Of a DNA stretch of 64,000 nt, positions 1-10,638 are shown in pieces. Under the pieces are notes generated by a model, which was not told the origin of the DNA, searched no databases, and saw nothing but the letters and a program-made list of their open reading frames with translations. The position numbers were made by a program, and so were the translations under genes. Each line of letters begins with the position of its first letter. Position 1 is the first letter of the stretch. The stretch lies in IMG/VR virus record IMGVR_UViG_3300021387_001774, positions 96,001-160,000 of that record. One strand, written 5' to 3'. The DNA is from a virus (taxonomy: Duplodnaviria > Caudoviricetes).

Positions 1-393
1 GTTCAAATAGATTGTAAAATACATAATAAAATTTATTACAAAAATATCATACAGATAATAATACAGACACAAACTACCTTCAGATAATGATAAACCAAAC
101 CCTTTTTCAAAGAATTCACCCATCTTCATTTGGAAGACTCGCAACGCATCTTTATCATAATCTGTAAATGATGGGTCTATTAATATAGACCTGTCATATA
201 TATTGTTTATTGAATCTTGATTGAAGAAGTTAATCATTGCTTCTTTAAAATAATCTTCTTCTATTGCTTTCTTATTTATAGTACTTATTTGATAATCTAT
301 GTGATCCAAATATTCTCTAAGTATCTGATTTGATTCATCAGTAATTTGTTCTTCTGATGAACTAGTTTCTTCACTATCAATAGTTTCAACCAT
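1..393 (-). CDS. Hypothetical protein, partial (runs off the window start)
   Basis: ATG at 393 overlaps the upstream gene's TAA (TAATG); open frame MVETIDSEETSSSEEQ... to position 1; not in the ORF track. Confidence 0.7.
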   Translation of the reverse strand, partial: MVETIDSEETSSSEEQITDESNQILREYLDHIDYQISTINKKAIEEDYFKEAMINFFNQDSINNIYDRSILIDPSFTDYDKDALRVFQMKMGEFFEKGFGLSLSEGSLCLYYYLYDIFVINFIMYFTIYLN

Positions 394-1232
394 TATTTTT
401 TACCTCCAAAGGAAAATAGTTTATGTTTAAAAGGATTTTTCGGTTTGTGATGAAAGTTAACTTTCATACTTTCTTTAAATGTTTCGGCATTCTTAGCATT
501 TCTCTTTTCAATAAGTTTCATACGTTTATTTTCTTTAGTTTGGAAAGAAGTTTCGTTATGATAATCTTTACTTTTATTCTGATTAGCTTTCTGTTTGAGC
601 TTCTCTTCTCTCATTAAATCTTTTAGCATTTTTATTTCTTTTAACTTAGCAGGTTGTGAATCGACTTTCTTAGCATAGAAATCTTCACTTTTATCACTAA
701 GAATCTTATTTAACATTTGTTTATTAAGAAATCCATTATGAACCAAATGAAAGAAACACATCCAAGTACTTTTTTCAATAGTCATAAGTTGATACGTATT
801 TCTTATATCTGGAGCTTTTGTTATAGCAACTTTACTTAAATGATTAAATCCTATACAATGTGGGAATCCAAATTCTCGTTTTACTACATAATCAAAAGTA
901 AATGTAAAACTAGGTGAATTAGAAAACATCAAGATATCATAATCTTTTATTTCTGTCAACTGTTCTTTATTCTTCTTATGTTCGTCAGTAGGATTAAATT
1001 CCAACACTACATCATACATAATTGCTGTAGGATATTTTTCATTTTCTCCTGATGGAAATTTAAAAAAGAACGTATATCTATCATATTTCTTATTATATAC
1101 ACAAGTTACTAATATATCTTTAGCATATTTTTCAAAGTATGCAGCTTTAAATTCTTCCATTTTTGGTCTAAGATTTATAGCTGCTTGTCCTTTAAAAGGA
1201 GCCATAAAATTATCATATTTAAGTTTTCTCAT
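393..1232 (-). CDS. Hypothetical protein (late-promoter class)
   Basis: 279-aa ORF, GAAGGA SD, preceded by TACA-N5-ATATA. Confidence 0.75.
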   Translation of the reverse strand: MRKLKYDNFMAPFKGQAAINLRPKMEEFKAAYFEKYAKDILVTCVYNKKYDRYTFFFKFPSGENEKYPTAIMYDVVLEFNPTDEHKKNKEQLTEIKDYDILMFSNSPSFTFTFDYVVKREFGFPHCIGFNHLSKVAITKAPDIRNTYQLMTIEKSTWMCFFHLVHNGFLNKQMLNKILSDKSEDFYAKKVDSQPAKLKEIKMLKDLMREEKLKQKANQNKSKDYHNETSFQTKENKRMKLIEKRNAKNAETFKESMKVNFHHKPKNPFKHKLFSFGGKK

Positions 1233-1253
1233 AAAGAATCCTTCAAAAATAAA

Positions 1254-1267
1254 TATATTAAATTGTA
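1254..1267 (-). promoter_or_regulatory. Putative late promoter TACA-N5-ATATA
   Basis: Motif recurs upstream of 8 genes in the window. Confidence 0.55.
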
Positions 1268-1316
1268 TTTTTGTTATTATATAAATATATAACTATATAA
1301 AACATGGAGTTTGAAA

Positions 1317-1811
1317 ATGATTTTTTCAATGGCGAACAAAAGTACTAAACCTTTATTGAATTTTCACAAATACGATGAAGTAATAAATGAAAAAAGAGAG
1401 AATTACACAAATAAAATTCTTGATGCAATATGTGATTCTCAATTTATGGGTAGAAAATTAAATTTTCTTTCTTATATGCTAAACGATCTTTCTTTATTAT
1501 GTGCTAAAAATGAATTTACAATAAAATTACCACACACTAAAACTAAAGAAAAATTTTACAATGTTCCTTGTGTAGCTCTCAGTTACACAAAATTAATTGT
1601 AAAACAGATGAAAAATGAGCAAACGCCTGTAGCCTATTTTACTATTAAAGATACAATACAAGTAGATATAGGAAAACAAGAGCTATACAAAGTTCTAAAA
1701 CATGAAAAGATAAATAATATAAAACTTAGACTTGGTAAAACTGATGCATTTATATATTTAACAAGGTCTGACGATAAATTGATCTTTGATAAAATAGTTC
1801 TTGTTGCTTAA
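1317..1811 (+). CDS. Hypothetical protein
   Basis: ORF with GGAG SD before the ATG; followed by a hairpin. Confidence 0.65.
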   Translation: MIFSMANKSTKPLLNFHKYDEVINEKRENYTNKILDAICDSQFMGRKLNFLSYMLNDLSLLCAKNEFTIKLPHTKTKEKFYNVPCVALSYTKLIVKQMKNEQTPVAYFTIKDTIQVDIGKQELYKVLKHEKINNIKLRLGKTDAFIYLTRSDDKLIFDKIVLVA

Positions 1812-1816
1812 TATAA

Positions 1817-1851
1817 ATAACTAGGGAATTTATCCCTAGTTATTATATTTT
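1817..1851 (+). terminator. Intrinsic terminator-like hairpin
   Basis: aataactaggga-attta-tccctagttatt. Confidence 0.55.
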
Positions 1852-1860
1852 CTTATCAAA

Positions 1861-1874
1861 AACACAATAATATG
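1861..1874 (+). promoter_or_regulatory. Putative late promoter AACA-N5-ATAT overlapping the terminase start codon
   Basis: AACAcaataATATG; no SD upstream of the ATG. Confidence 0.5.
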
Positions 1875-4058
1875 ATACATTATAATACTAAAAATATATC
1901 TTTCTTAAGAATGCATTATATATTGAAAGAAATGGGTATTACAAATAATGTATTCTTTTTACAATTATTTGATGAAACATTAGTAGATGTTGATCCTTTT
2001 GATGAAGAGCATTTAACTGATGAACAAAAAATCAGAATTCATATAGAAATAAGTAAAAATCCTTGGTATTATTTCAGAGAAATAGTTAGAATTCCTGCAA
2101 CAGATATACCGGCTAGATTTGAATTAACTAGAGCTACATTAGCTATAACATGGTCGTTACTTAATGATTTACATTCGTATATTGTTATTCCTCGTCAGTG
2201 TTATAAATCGTATACTGTAGCAATTTTTTATAGCTGGTTGATATATTGGGGATCTAAAAACTTTTCTTCAGTGTTTTTTGGTAATAATGATACCCTTGTT
2301 ACTCAAAACTTAGCTCGTGTAAAAGATATACGTGAAACATTACCAAAGTATTTAAATCTAAAAACTAATAGTGATACAGATAATACTAGAACCTTAATTT
2401 ATAAGACAGAAAATTTTAAAAATACAATTGTAATTAGAGCTCCTGGTATAAATGAAGAAGCGGCAAATAACGTTGGTCGTGGTGCTTCAACTATGGGACA
2501 ATGGTATGATGAGTTTGCATTTATTCCTTTTGTATGGGTTCAATATGGTGCAGCTATTCCTGCTTATTCTACAGTATCAAAAATGGCAGAACGAAATGGT
2601 TCTCACCACCATATTATAATTACAACAACTGCTGGTAGTAAAAATACAAAGAGTGGTGCTTGGGCATACAAATTTTTTGAAGACTGTGCACCATTTACTG
2701 AGCTATTATATGATAAAGTGATTTATGATAAAGATGGATTCCCAGTAGCTACTAATAAAGACGAAATCAAAGAATATATTCAAAACAATAACAATGGACA
2801 ATACTTCTTACGTATAGAATTCCAATGGTATGAACTCAATAAACCTATGGACTATCTCGAAGAAATGAGACGTCAATGTGGTGGTATGGATGAGTTCAAT
2901 CGTGGTATTCTTAATATGTGGATGGATTCTAATGCTGATCACCCATTAGGACAAGAAAGAGTAGAAGAGTTAACTAAAACAGGTATCGATCCAGTTAGAA
3001 TAATGATGATCGATAGAATTTATGTAGCAAAATTCTATAGGGATCCAGACGTTTTAAAGAACCAATCGCATCACATAGTATTTGGTATGGACTGTTCAGG
3101 AAATACAAGACGAGACTATTCTACACTAGTAGGATTGGATGTAACTAATTCAGAAGTAGTATTTACAATGAGATGTAATCAATATTCTGTAGTTAGATTC
3201 GCTAGAGCTGTAGCATATATTCTTCTATATTTATTCCCAAAAGCTACATTAGTTCCAGAAAGAAACTATGTAGGTTTACCTGCTGTAGAAATTATAGCAG
3301 AAAATATGGGAACTAGTAGAATTTATAAAGATGAAAAAGATGAAAAGCTTGGTGTTTCTTTGGTACATAATCTTCGTAAAATTATGTATGGGGATGTATT
3401 ACGTGTTTCTGTATATGAGCATGGACCAAAGATCCACGATAAAACAATCATAAATGAAATAGCTGGCTTGATAACTGATAAGAATGGACGTATTGACCAT
3501 AAACAACGTGGTGGACACGATGACCTTCTTATTGCTTATCTATATACTAGATGGTTCATTATGTATTGTAAAACAAAAAATAGATATATCGATGCAATAT
3601 TCTTTAACTCTAGATTAGATGAAGATCTGAGTGAAGATGAGCTTATCGATTTAGCTAAATATTCTTCTGATGCAGAATTAATGAATTCAGTATTAGGAGA
3701 TGGAGGTTATATGCAAAGATTAGCAAAACGTATGGAACAAAGAGCAGAAAATAATGATCATATTACTATGCAAATTAAGAAAGCTATAGATATGAGAAAC
3801 AATGATTATAAAGAAATGGGATTCTTTGGATCTGCTGATGATTATATAAATAATTATCGAGATACTAATAAGATTAAAGAAACTGAAACAGCTATCGATT
3901 ATATCGCTAAAGAACATATGGCTGATGCACATGAATATTCGGAAGATCTTGATAAAGATGATCCAGAAAAGATTGCAAAAGAAACTGAAGAAAAAAGAGA
4001 CGATAGTATGGATTTCAAATCTGTGTTTGCTGACTCTTTTGGTTGGTTTGGTAGATAA
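1872..4058 (+). CDS. terL: Terminase large subunit
   Basis: NPWYYFRE motif, Walker A-like PRQCYKS, GRG, Walker B WYDEFAF, TTT coupling motif, RNase H-like nuclease motifs (GMDCS, ERN, HDDL). Confidence 0.9.
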   Translation: MIHYNTKNISFLRMHYILKEMGITNNVFFLQLFDETLVDVDPFDEEHLTDEQKIRIHIEISKNPWYYFREIVRIPATDIPARFELTRATLAITWSLLNDLHSYIVIPRQCYKSYTVAIFYSWLIYWGSKNFSSVFFGNNDTLVTQNLARVKDIRETLPKYLNLKTNSDTDNTRTLIYKTENFKNTIVIRAPGINEEAANNVGRGASTMGQWYDEFAFIPFVWVQYGAAIPAYSTVSKMAERNGSHHHIIITTTAGSKNTKSGAWAYKFFEDCAPFTELLYDKVIYDKDGFPVATNKDEIKEYIQNNNNGQYFLRIEFQWYELNKPMDYLEEMRRQCGGMDEFNRGILNMWMDSNADHPLGQERVEELTKTGIDPVRIMMIDRIYVAKFYRDPDVLKNQSHHIVFGMDCSGNTRRDYSTLVGLDVTNSEVVFTMRCNQYSVVRFARAVAYILLYLFPKATLVPERNYVGLPAVEIIAENMGTSRIYKDEKDEKLGVSLVHNLRKIMYGDVLRVSVYEHGPKIHDKTIINEIAGLITDKNGRIDHKQRGGHDDLLIAYLYTRWFIMYCKTKNRYIDAIFFNSRLDEDLSEDELIDLAKYSSDAELMNSVLGDGGYMQRLAKRMEQRAENNDHITMQIKKAIDMRNNDYKEMGFFGSADDYINNYRDTNKIKETETAIDYIAKEHMADAHEYSEDLDKDDPEKIAKETEEKRDDSMDFKSVFADSFGWFGR

Positions 4059-4104
4059 AAAAAATAATGTGTGGTCAGTAGACCACACATGTATTTATTT
4101 TGCG

Positions 4105-4467
4105 TCAATTACTTACTGTAAATTCAACATCAATTGCATCCTTTTTCAATTCATGCAATTTTCCATCAAATATACGTTCTTTGTTTCTCATTATTCTACT
4201 TTCTTTTTCTTTCTTTTCTTCTTCCTGTATTTCATCAATGTTAAGTATTTCTCTTAACGTATGAGCTACAGGTTTGATTACATATTTCCAACTCATATAA
4301 CATAATGCTCCTAAGGATAAAATACCTAGAACCGTTTTTGTTGTACTTTGGTGTTTACGTTCTTCATTTTCTACTTCACAATATGTAGTAGTATATCCTT
4401 TTGATTTGGATTCATTTTGCATTCTTGAAAAGATATCTTTATTAACATTGAATTCTCCAAAATTCAT
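4105..4467 (-). CDS. Small membrane-anchored hypothetical protein
   Basis: 120 aa with one hydrophobic segment. Confidence 0.6.
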   Translation of the reverse strand: MNFGEFNVNKDIFSRMQNESKSKGYTTTYCEVENEERKHQSTTKTVLGILSLGALCYMSWKYVIKPVAHTLREILNIDEIQEEEKKEKESRIMRNKERIFDGKLHELKKDAIDVEFTVSN

Positions 4468-4491
4468 CGACGATTAGTATGACAAAATAAA

Positions 4492-4671
4492 TTAAAGTAT
4501 CTCATTTTCTTCGTATATACGTTTGAATGAGAAATGTCTTCCAGAAGTTGGTACTTTACAACTATTGGAAGAACTAATTAGTACAATTTGGTCACCTGTT
4601 GATTCTTTTTCAGAATCATCTTGATAACCAAATAATTGCATAATTAGTTGAATTAATTTATAGATTATCAT
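4492..4671 (-). CDS. Small hypothetical protein
   Basis: GGAGG SD before ATG 4671; early-type promoter at about 4723-4736. Confidence 0.5.
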   Translation of the reverse strand: MIIYKLIQLIMQLFGYQDDSEKESTGDQIVLISSSNSCKVPTSGRHFSFKRIYEENEIL

Positions 4672-4745
4672 ACTTGTACCTCCATACATAAAGTTTAGTA
4701 ACTTTTTACTTAGTTACACGTTTATAATATATAATTCACAATTTT

Positions 4746-6659
4746 TTAATCGTCGATATGTATTGGTATAATCCCATTTTGAATAAACGTATTTTTAATA
4801 GCTTCGAATCTGTTATGTAAATTAGCTTCATCAAGTGAAGAACTATCATCGTTAATCGTCGAGAATACCTTTTCATCAAATTGAGAAATATCTCTATCAC
4901 CAAAACTATTTTTAGTCAGTTTATTAAATTCCCAGATACCACCAAAACCACCACCAGGATTATGTTTCATAGTCATAGTATCAATTAAAGTGCGGATATA
5001 TGTATATTTTAAATCAAAAGAACTAACACTGTTATAAGAAGTCATATCATTAATGTACAATTTTTCCAATATAGCTAATGATCGGAATATATAATTGACA
5101 GTTTCTTTAGTAATTGATGAATAAATACCATCTACATTAATCTTAAGATTATTTGATTTGTTTTTCTCTGTAATAAGTTTTGAATTAGAATTTATAATAA
5201 GTAAAACATATAATTCAATTAATGCTGTAATCCATGTGGAACGAATAACTTTACAATACATAAAATATGCATACTCTCCACTAGACATCTTAGAAGAATA
5301 AATTTTTTCTAACCTAGTAGTAATTTCATCAGAAATAATATTATTCATAAAATCTCTAATGTTATAATCACTTATTTTAGCAGCTTCTTCTTTAAGATCT
5401 TGTTTAGAATAACTTCTATAGAAGTCTCTACAATACTCTCCAAAGTAAATACCACGTTCTTCTTTTCCATCTTTAAATACAATAGTATTAGCAGAATATA
5501 AGACTGATGATGTAAATGATTTAGTAAAAGCTCTACAAAGTAATGCTGTACCTATATATTCGATAGGTGTTTCATCTGCTGTCAAATTAAAGAATGCAGC
5601 TTGCAATGATTCCAAGAACATATTGTAGTAAGTCATTTGTTTTCTTGTAGGATTGTTTCTTTCACCTGGATTATTCTTGAAAATTACTGAAGTAATATTT
5701 TCTGGCATAGAAATACCAAAATGTCTAAGCTTACTACAGATATTTTTCATTTCATCACCATTAAGTACTTTGGTATATCCAGTATCAATACTCTTTAAGA
5801 AACAAGACCAGTTACTCTGAATATTTTCATAGTTGTCAAACAATTCAAGAATAATCTTTCTAGTAAATTTCTCAGAGAAATCTTTAAATGTATCCAAACC
5901 ATTCTTAATATACTCTTCTTTGTTTTGCTCACATTGAGAAAGATATTCTGGTAGACCACCTGGATCAAAATTCCTAGCTAAGAAACAAACAAGTCTATTG
6001 ATATCAATATAAACTTCTTGTTTAACTTCAACTAATGAATCTGAAATAGCGTTTTCTACAGACTTTAAGAATGGACAAACTACAAATGCTATTCCAGTAT
6101 TATAGTAATTGTAGAAAGTTCTAAGTTTATCTTTAATCATTGGAAATTCATTATGTGAACAAGCAACTGAAATAGAAATATCATGATCAGCATATGTTGC
6201 ATAGTATTCGTTATCTAATTCAGCTTTCAATTCCATAACCTTTTTAATGTAATCATCTGCATTATAAACAAGATTAGGATCTGAACGTTTTGAATAAGCC
6301 AAGAAAAGTTCGATAAAATAACTAAAACTATTACCGCTACAGTTCTCGTTTATTCCACATCTTAATGAACTCATGACTTTTTCATAATCTTTAATATTAG
6401 CAGACTTATAATCAACCCATTTATGATAAAGATCATAAGTTAAACCCAATGCATATTCAAAAATACGATATACATTTGAGTTAATAATTGAATACATATT
6501 ATAAAGTTTCTTATAATAAGAATCAACGCTTATTCCGAAACCATTTGCAGGATCTCTTAAGGGATCCTTAACACTAAGTATACCACTTGTGTCATATGAT
6601 ACTACGGAATCATCACCATAAGATAATGAAGGCATAACTTCATTCCCCCTGTTTATCAT
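4746..6659 (-). CDS. Hypothetical protein, probably virion-associated
   Basis: 637-aa ORF downstream of a late-type promoter; start may be ATG 6635. Confidence 0.7.
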   Translation of the reverse strand: MINRGNEVMPSLSYGDDSVVSYDTSGILSVKDPLRDPANGFGISVDSYYKKLYNMYSIINSNVYRIFEYALGLTYDLYHKWVDYKSANIKDYEKVMSSLRCGINENCSGNSFSYFIELFLAYSKRSDPNLVYNADDYIKKVMELKAELDNEYYATYADHDISISVACSHNEFPMIKDKLRTFYNYYNTGIAFVVCPFLKSVENAISDSLVEVKQEVYIDINRLVCFLARNFDPGGLPEYLSQCEQNKEEYIKNGLDTFKDFSEKFTRKIILELFDNYENIQSNWSCFLKSIDTGYTKVLNGDEMKNICSKLRHFGISMPENITSVIFKNNPGERNNPTRKQMTYYNMFLESLQAAFFNLTADETPIEYIGTALLCRAFTKSFTSSVLYSANTIVFKDGKEERGIYFGEYCRDFYRSYSKQDLKEEAAKISDYNIRDFMNNIISDEITTRLEKIYSSKMSSGEYAYFMYCKVIRSTWITALIELYVLLIINSNSKLITEKNKSNNLKINVDGIYSSITKETVNYIFRSLAILEKLYINDMTSYNSVSSFDLKYTYIRTLIDTMTMKHNPGGGFGGIWEFNKLTKNSFGDRDISQFDEKVFSTINDDSSSLDEANLHNRFEAIKNTFIQNGIIPIHIDD

Positions 6660-6786
6660 TTTTCTCAGAGTCTTTTATGGTTTCTTTTTTAATGAATGTA
6701 ACTTGATATCCAGTTTTAGCATCATTAATTTGACTTTCAAACTTGTTTTTCACGGTATATTCATTAGGTTTTTTATCATTTTCCAT
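6640..6786 (-). CDS. 48-aa hypothetical protein (MENDKKPNEY...)
   Basis: AGGAG SD, directly after GACA-N5-ATATA at 6807-6820; translated manually. Confidence 0.55.
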   Translation of the reverse strand: MENDKKPNEYTVKNKFESQINDAKTGYQVTFIKKETIKDSEKNDKQGE

Positions 6787-6880
6787 ATAAAACTCCTATT
6801 TACCTATATATTTATATGTCGATCCTCATATTATTTAAAAACGTCTATGATTATATAATATATTAATGGAGGTTTAATAT

Positions 6881-7789
6881 ATGAATCTTAGAAATATTAA
6901 ATTGGATGAAGGTGCTCTTAAATTTGAGAAACTTCGATTGGAAACATTTAAAAATATTCAAAAGTATGGTGAACTAACTATAAAAACATTGCGAGAAGCC
7001 AAGTTTAAACTATTCTTAGTGAATCTAAGTATAATAATTTTTGTAGTTTGTTTCATCAGTATTCTTACTTTATTATTTTATACTTTGTTGGGAAATGATG
7101 TAAATCTTACACAAAGATTATTTACTATGGGTGTTGTTTCTATAATGGTGTTGATACCATTGGAAATATGGATTCATAGGAATATCTACACTGTAGAAAA
7201 AGATCATGATCCAAAAGATGAAACAGGTGATTCAATAGATGAAATAAAAACTATATTGAAAAAGGTAAACGATAATTCATTGATTGGTCGCTTTCTCAAG
7301 TTTACAATTAAAATATTGGAAAAATTGAGATTGAATCTTCGGCGTCACGATTTGGTAGCAAATATCACTACAGGTATTTATACTATGTGTGTTTCAACTT
7401 TGTTTAAAATAGAGAAATATCCTGAAGGTCCTTATAGTACTCTTGAAAACTATATAGAGAATAATGCTCCTGAAGAATTCGTTAAACTCTATTATGAATC
7501 AAAAGAAGAATTATCACATATTGTAGAAAATATCAGAAATAACGATTATAGTTCTTTACCAAAAGAAGATGCTGATAAAATTGATAGATTAGGTAAAATC
7601 GTTACTACAGATATTATCCTATTAAAAATGATTCAACTCTTCTGTCATGAAGGATGTATTACTATTGATGAATGTGATAAGATTATTGAAGTTAAAGGAG
7701 ATGAGCATAAGGATGCTTATGAATTCTTCTTCACTTCTCCTTTAAATCCAAATCAAGAATTCAGTTTCCCAACAATGAATTTCGATTAA
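6881..7789 (+). CDS. Membrane protein with two N-terminal TM helices
   Basis: GGAGG SD, two hydrophobic segments; same layout as 18881..19828. Confidence 0.7.
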   Translation: MNLRNIKLDEGALKFEKLRLETFKNIQKYGELTIKTLREAKFKLFLVNLSIIIFVVCFISILTLLFYTLLGNDVNLTQRLFTMGVVSIMVLIPLEIWIHRNIYTVEKDHDPKDETGDSIDEIKTILKKVNDNSLIGRFLKFTIKILEKLRLNLRRHDLVANITTGIYTMCVSTLFKIEKYPEGPYSTLENYIENNAPEEFVKLYYESKEELSHIVENIRNNDYSSLPKEDADKIDRLGKIVTTDIILLKMIQLFCHEGCITIDECDKIIEVKGDEHKDAYEFFFTSPLNPNQEFSFPTMNFD

Positions 7790-7792
7790 AAT

Positions 7793-7830
7793 ATAAGCTG
7801 GTGGGAAAACCCACCAGCTTATTTTTTTTT
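7793..7830. terminator. Terminator between convergent genes
   Basis: ataagctggtggg-aaaa-cccaccagcttat followed by a T-run. Confidence 0.75.
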
Positions 7831-7843
7831 AGTTAAGTATCAA

Positions 7844-9796
7844 TTAAATGCCCTGGAACACATAACCAGACTTAGCCTGTGTCATCTGTCCTTCGAACTT
7901 ATTGACAACTTCACCAGTTGAGTCAAGAACACCATTGAGCTCAAGCTTAATAGCAGCAGCTGCAAATACACCACGGAACTCACGTCCACCAATGTAGATA
8001 GCTGTTCTATTTGGCATATCAGCATCGATAGCTGTGTACATACGGATAGCATGTGGATAGTATACCAAGAATGGATACTCCATGCTGTATGTGCGCATAA
8101 CACCGATGATGTCATTGCCACGCTCACGCCAACGCTGATCGTTGTTAGCCAAGAGACGTACACCACGACCAAGAGAATCGATAAATCCACAGCGTGTATC
8201 AACTGCGAAACCGAAGTTCTCATTAGCAGCAGCACCCTCTTCCTTAGCATCCAAGTTGAATGCAGCATTCTCGAATTTAATTTCAGGGAATTCGGAAATG
8301 AGTGGTGAGTAGCCCATAAGGATCCACTGTCTCTTAACAGATGCAGGAATATTAAGGTCAGTCTCAGATGTTTCGAGTACCTTTGTGAGGTAGTCTTTGA
8401 GACCGAACTTGTAATCCTGGAGACCAAGACCAGGTGCGAATCTGTTGATGTTGAATGTCAACTTATTGTTGATGAAACCACCGATCTTGCGAGTAAGTTC
8501 GAAAGAATCGATGTCAACAATATCAGAAAGTACTTCGTCATAAACAAACTTCTCAGCTTCGAGCTCTCTGTTGAAGAGAGTATACTGAAGGTTCTTATCG
8601 GTAGCATATGCAGCATAAGTAATGTTGTTATTGCTTCCGATACGGAAGTTGTCAGCCATGTACTCGTTGAGTGATACCTTTGAGTAGTTACGATATTCAC
8701 ATTCACGGATGAACTGATACTTATCAACACCAGCAGTTGGGATATTCTGGAGTTCGTTAGCAATGTTAGATACTTTACCATCGAACTGGAGACCCTTAAT
8801 GATTGCTGCTGCCTGTGGAGTATCACAAATAACGGCGAGAGTAAAGTCACCATCGTCGATATTAAGCTTCATCATGATCTGTACTGTGATAGCACTTGCG
8901 AAACCAGTTACGTCCTTAATCTTTGTTGTAGACTTGAAGAAACGCTGATTTGTTTCACCAGTAGCAATATCATAGTGCATATTAAGCTTCTGTGTAACAG
9001 TCTTACCACCGTTTTCATACTTAATAGCAGAGAAACGACAGTTAGGTTCGATACCGAACTTATGCTTGTTACGCTTACATACCTCGAGCAAGTTACCCTT
9101 TACAGAAAGAGCAGTTGCATTAGCAACAGGTGTGAACTCAATGAACATGTTCTCACCACACCATGGCTCAGGCTTTGTATAATTACCAGCAGTTGTGTTT
9201 GGTGTTACCCAGTCAACACGTGGAAGCTTGTTGTAACCTACAATTTCACCAGAACGGAAAGCCTTCGGGAAGAAGTACTTTTCATTACCAATCTGGAGGT
9301 AGTCTACGTTATATTCGAATTCAAGGCGAGTAGAATTCTGGTTGTCGATATGGAGGAACATTTCCTCAGAACGAGCAGCAGCAATCCAACCACCGATAAT
9401 GAAAGGTGTAGAACCCATTGCAAATGCACCAGTAGAAGATGCATAAACAGCGGTACCACCACCCCATCCTTCAAGAGTACGTGAATCACCAATGATATCA
9501 GCCTTATACTGAACATCACGAGAATTATCAAGCAATCTCTCAAAAGACTTCTGCTTAGAAGGATCCTTAGCAAACATTTTACCAAGTTCATTCTTTGCTG
9601 TGTTATATATTGAGTCGTTAGAGATAATCTTCTTCCAAGATTCAAAGCTAAAAGGAGATCCGCCTACGAGAGGTGCGAGCTTACGTGAATAAGCCTCCAT
9701 AGCCTTGTAATAACCCTGGTTTCTATCAAGAACAGTTTGATATTCTTTAATAGCATCCTCACGAGTCAATTCAATAAAGTTACCAGTCTGAGACAT
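7844..9796 (-). CDS. Probable major capsid protein
   Basis: 650 aa; strongest high-expression codon bias in the window (C-ending codons); late operon; candidate propeptide cleavage at SRTLE/G; near DnaB as in phiKZ-like genomes. Confidence 0.6.
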   Translation of the reverse strand: MSQTGNFIELTREDAIKEYQTVLDRNQGYYKAMEAYSRKLAPLVGGSPFSFESWKKIISNDSIYNTAKNELGKMFAKDPSKQKSFERLLDNSRDVQYKADIIGDSRTLEGWGGGTAVYASSTGAFAMGSTPFIIGGWIAAARSEEMFLHIDNQNSTRLEFEYNVDYLQIGNEKYFFPKAFRSGEIVGYNKLPRVDWVTPNTTAGNYTKPEPWCGENMFIEFTPVANATALSVKGNLLEVCKRNKHKFGIEPNCRFSAIKYENGGKTVTQKLNMHYDIATGETNQRFFKSTTKIKDVTGFASAITVQIMMKLNIDDGDFTLAVICDTPQAAAIIKGLQFDGKVSNIANELQNIPTAGVDKYQFIRECEYRNYSKVSLNEYMADNFRIGSNNNITYAAYATDKNLQYTLFNRELEAEKFVYDEVLSDIVDIDSFELTRKIGGFINNKLTFNINRFAPGLGLQDYKFGLKDYLTKVLETSETDLNIPASVKRQWILMGYSPLISEFPEIKFENAAFNLDAKEEGAAANENFGFAVDTRCGFIDSLGRGVRLLANNDQRWRERGNDIIGVMRTYSMEYPFLVYYPHAIRMYTAIDADMPNRTAIYIGGREFRGVFAAAAIKLELNGVLDSTGEVVNKFEGQMTQAKSGYVFQGI

Positions 9797-9840
9797 AAAT
9801 AACTCCTATTTAAGAATAAAGTTTTAATATAAACCAAAGC

Positions 9841-10578
9841 TTAATGCCTGTTATTGACCTTAAGTTTACTTATCTTATTAGAAATATTTTGAACCAATCT
9901 GTCATATTGATCATGATACAACCCTAACTTCATCAAATTCTCCGGATTCTGTTGCATCATGAATGACTTTCGTTCTTCGTCAAGTATCTCACTTAACTCT
10001 TTAAGCTGACAAACTTCAGACCAGTCAGCATATTGAGCGCTATATAGTTCGATAGTTTTCTTGATCGATAATCTTAGTTCATTCAATGTTTCTAATTGAT
10101 ATAGTTTTTGGTTAATTTGCGTAAATGGGTTCATTGAAGAACCTTTATTTGGATCGAAGACGTCAACTTTATTTTTGCCGCCATCTTCGGAATCTCCATT
10201 TTCATCACCATCTCCAGATCCATCATCACCCCAGCCACCATCGCCGGAGTCGTCTCCAAAGTCTCCACCATCTCCGCCACCCATGTCATCACCTCCATCC
10301 ATTGAAGGCATTTCTGGTTCTTCGACAGCTCCACTATCAGACATACCATTTCCATCGTCAGAAGAATCATTACCACCAGCAGCTTCTTCAAAACTACCTC
10401 CATCATCTTCTTCTATAGAAAAAAGGCTGATATCTCTAGAAATTATATCATTTTGTTCTATTTTTTGGTTTAAAGCTTCTGAACTAGTTTCTTTAATTTC
10501 TTTTTCTTTAGGTTTTTCTGTTGAAAAAACTGAGAAACAGCTCTCATATGATTGAATTTGTCGTTCTTCCATAGTCAT
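9841..10578 (-). CDS. Acidic D/G-rich head-associated or scaffold-like protein
   Basis: Low-complexity acidic middle, several S-x-E motifs, upstream of the putative capsid gene. Confidence 0.55.
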   Translation of the reverse strand: MTMEERQIQSYESCFSVFSTEKPKEKEIKETSSEALNQKIEQNDIISRDISLFSIEEDDGGSFEEAAGGNDSSDDGNGMSDSGAVEEPEMPSMDGGDDMGGGDGGDFGDDSGDGGWGDDGSGDGDENGDSEDGGKNKVDVFDPNKGSSMNPFTQINQKLYQLETLNELRLSIKKTIELYSAQYADWSEVCQLKELSEILDEERKSFMMQQNPENLMKLGLYHDQYDRLVQNISNKISKLKVNNRH

Positions 10579-10593
10579 TTTCCTATTATAAGA

Positions 10594-10624
10594 TATATAG
10601 AAATGTTTTCTACAATAAAATATA
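10594..10624. promoter_or_regulatory. Back-to-back divergent late promoters
   Basis: AACA-tttct-ATATA on minus (10607-10594) and TACA-ataaa-ATATA on plus (10611-10624). Confidence 0.6.
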
Positions 10625-10638
10625 GAGGATTTTTAATT

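Noticed and set aside
4746-6659. Chimallin, suggested by its ~630-aa size
   Set aside because: Size only; no recognisable similarity, and it sits behind a late-type promoter
6640-6786. Frameshift fusion of the 48-aa ORF to the 637-aa ORF
   Set aside because: Would need a +1 shift with no canonical signal; the downstream gene has its own SD-like AGGGGG before ATG 6635
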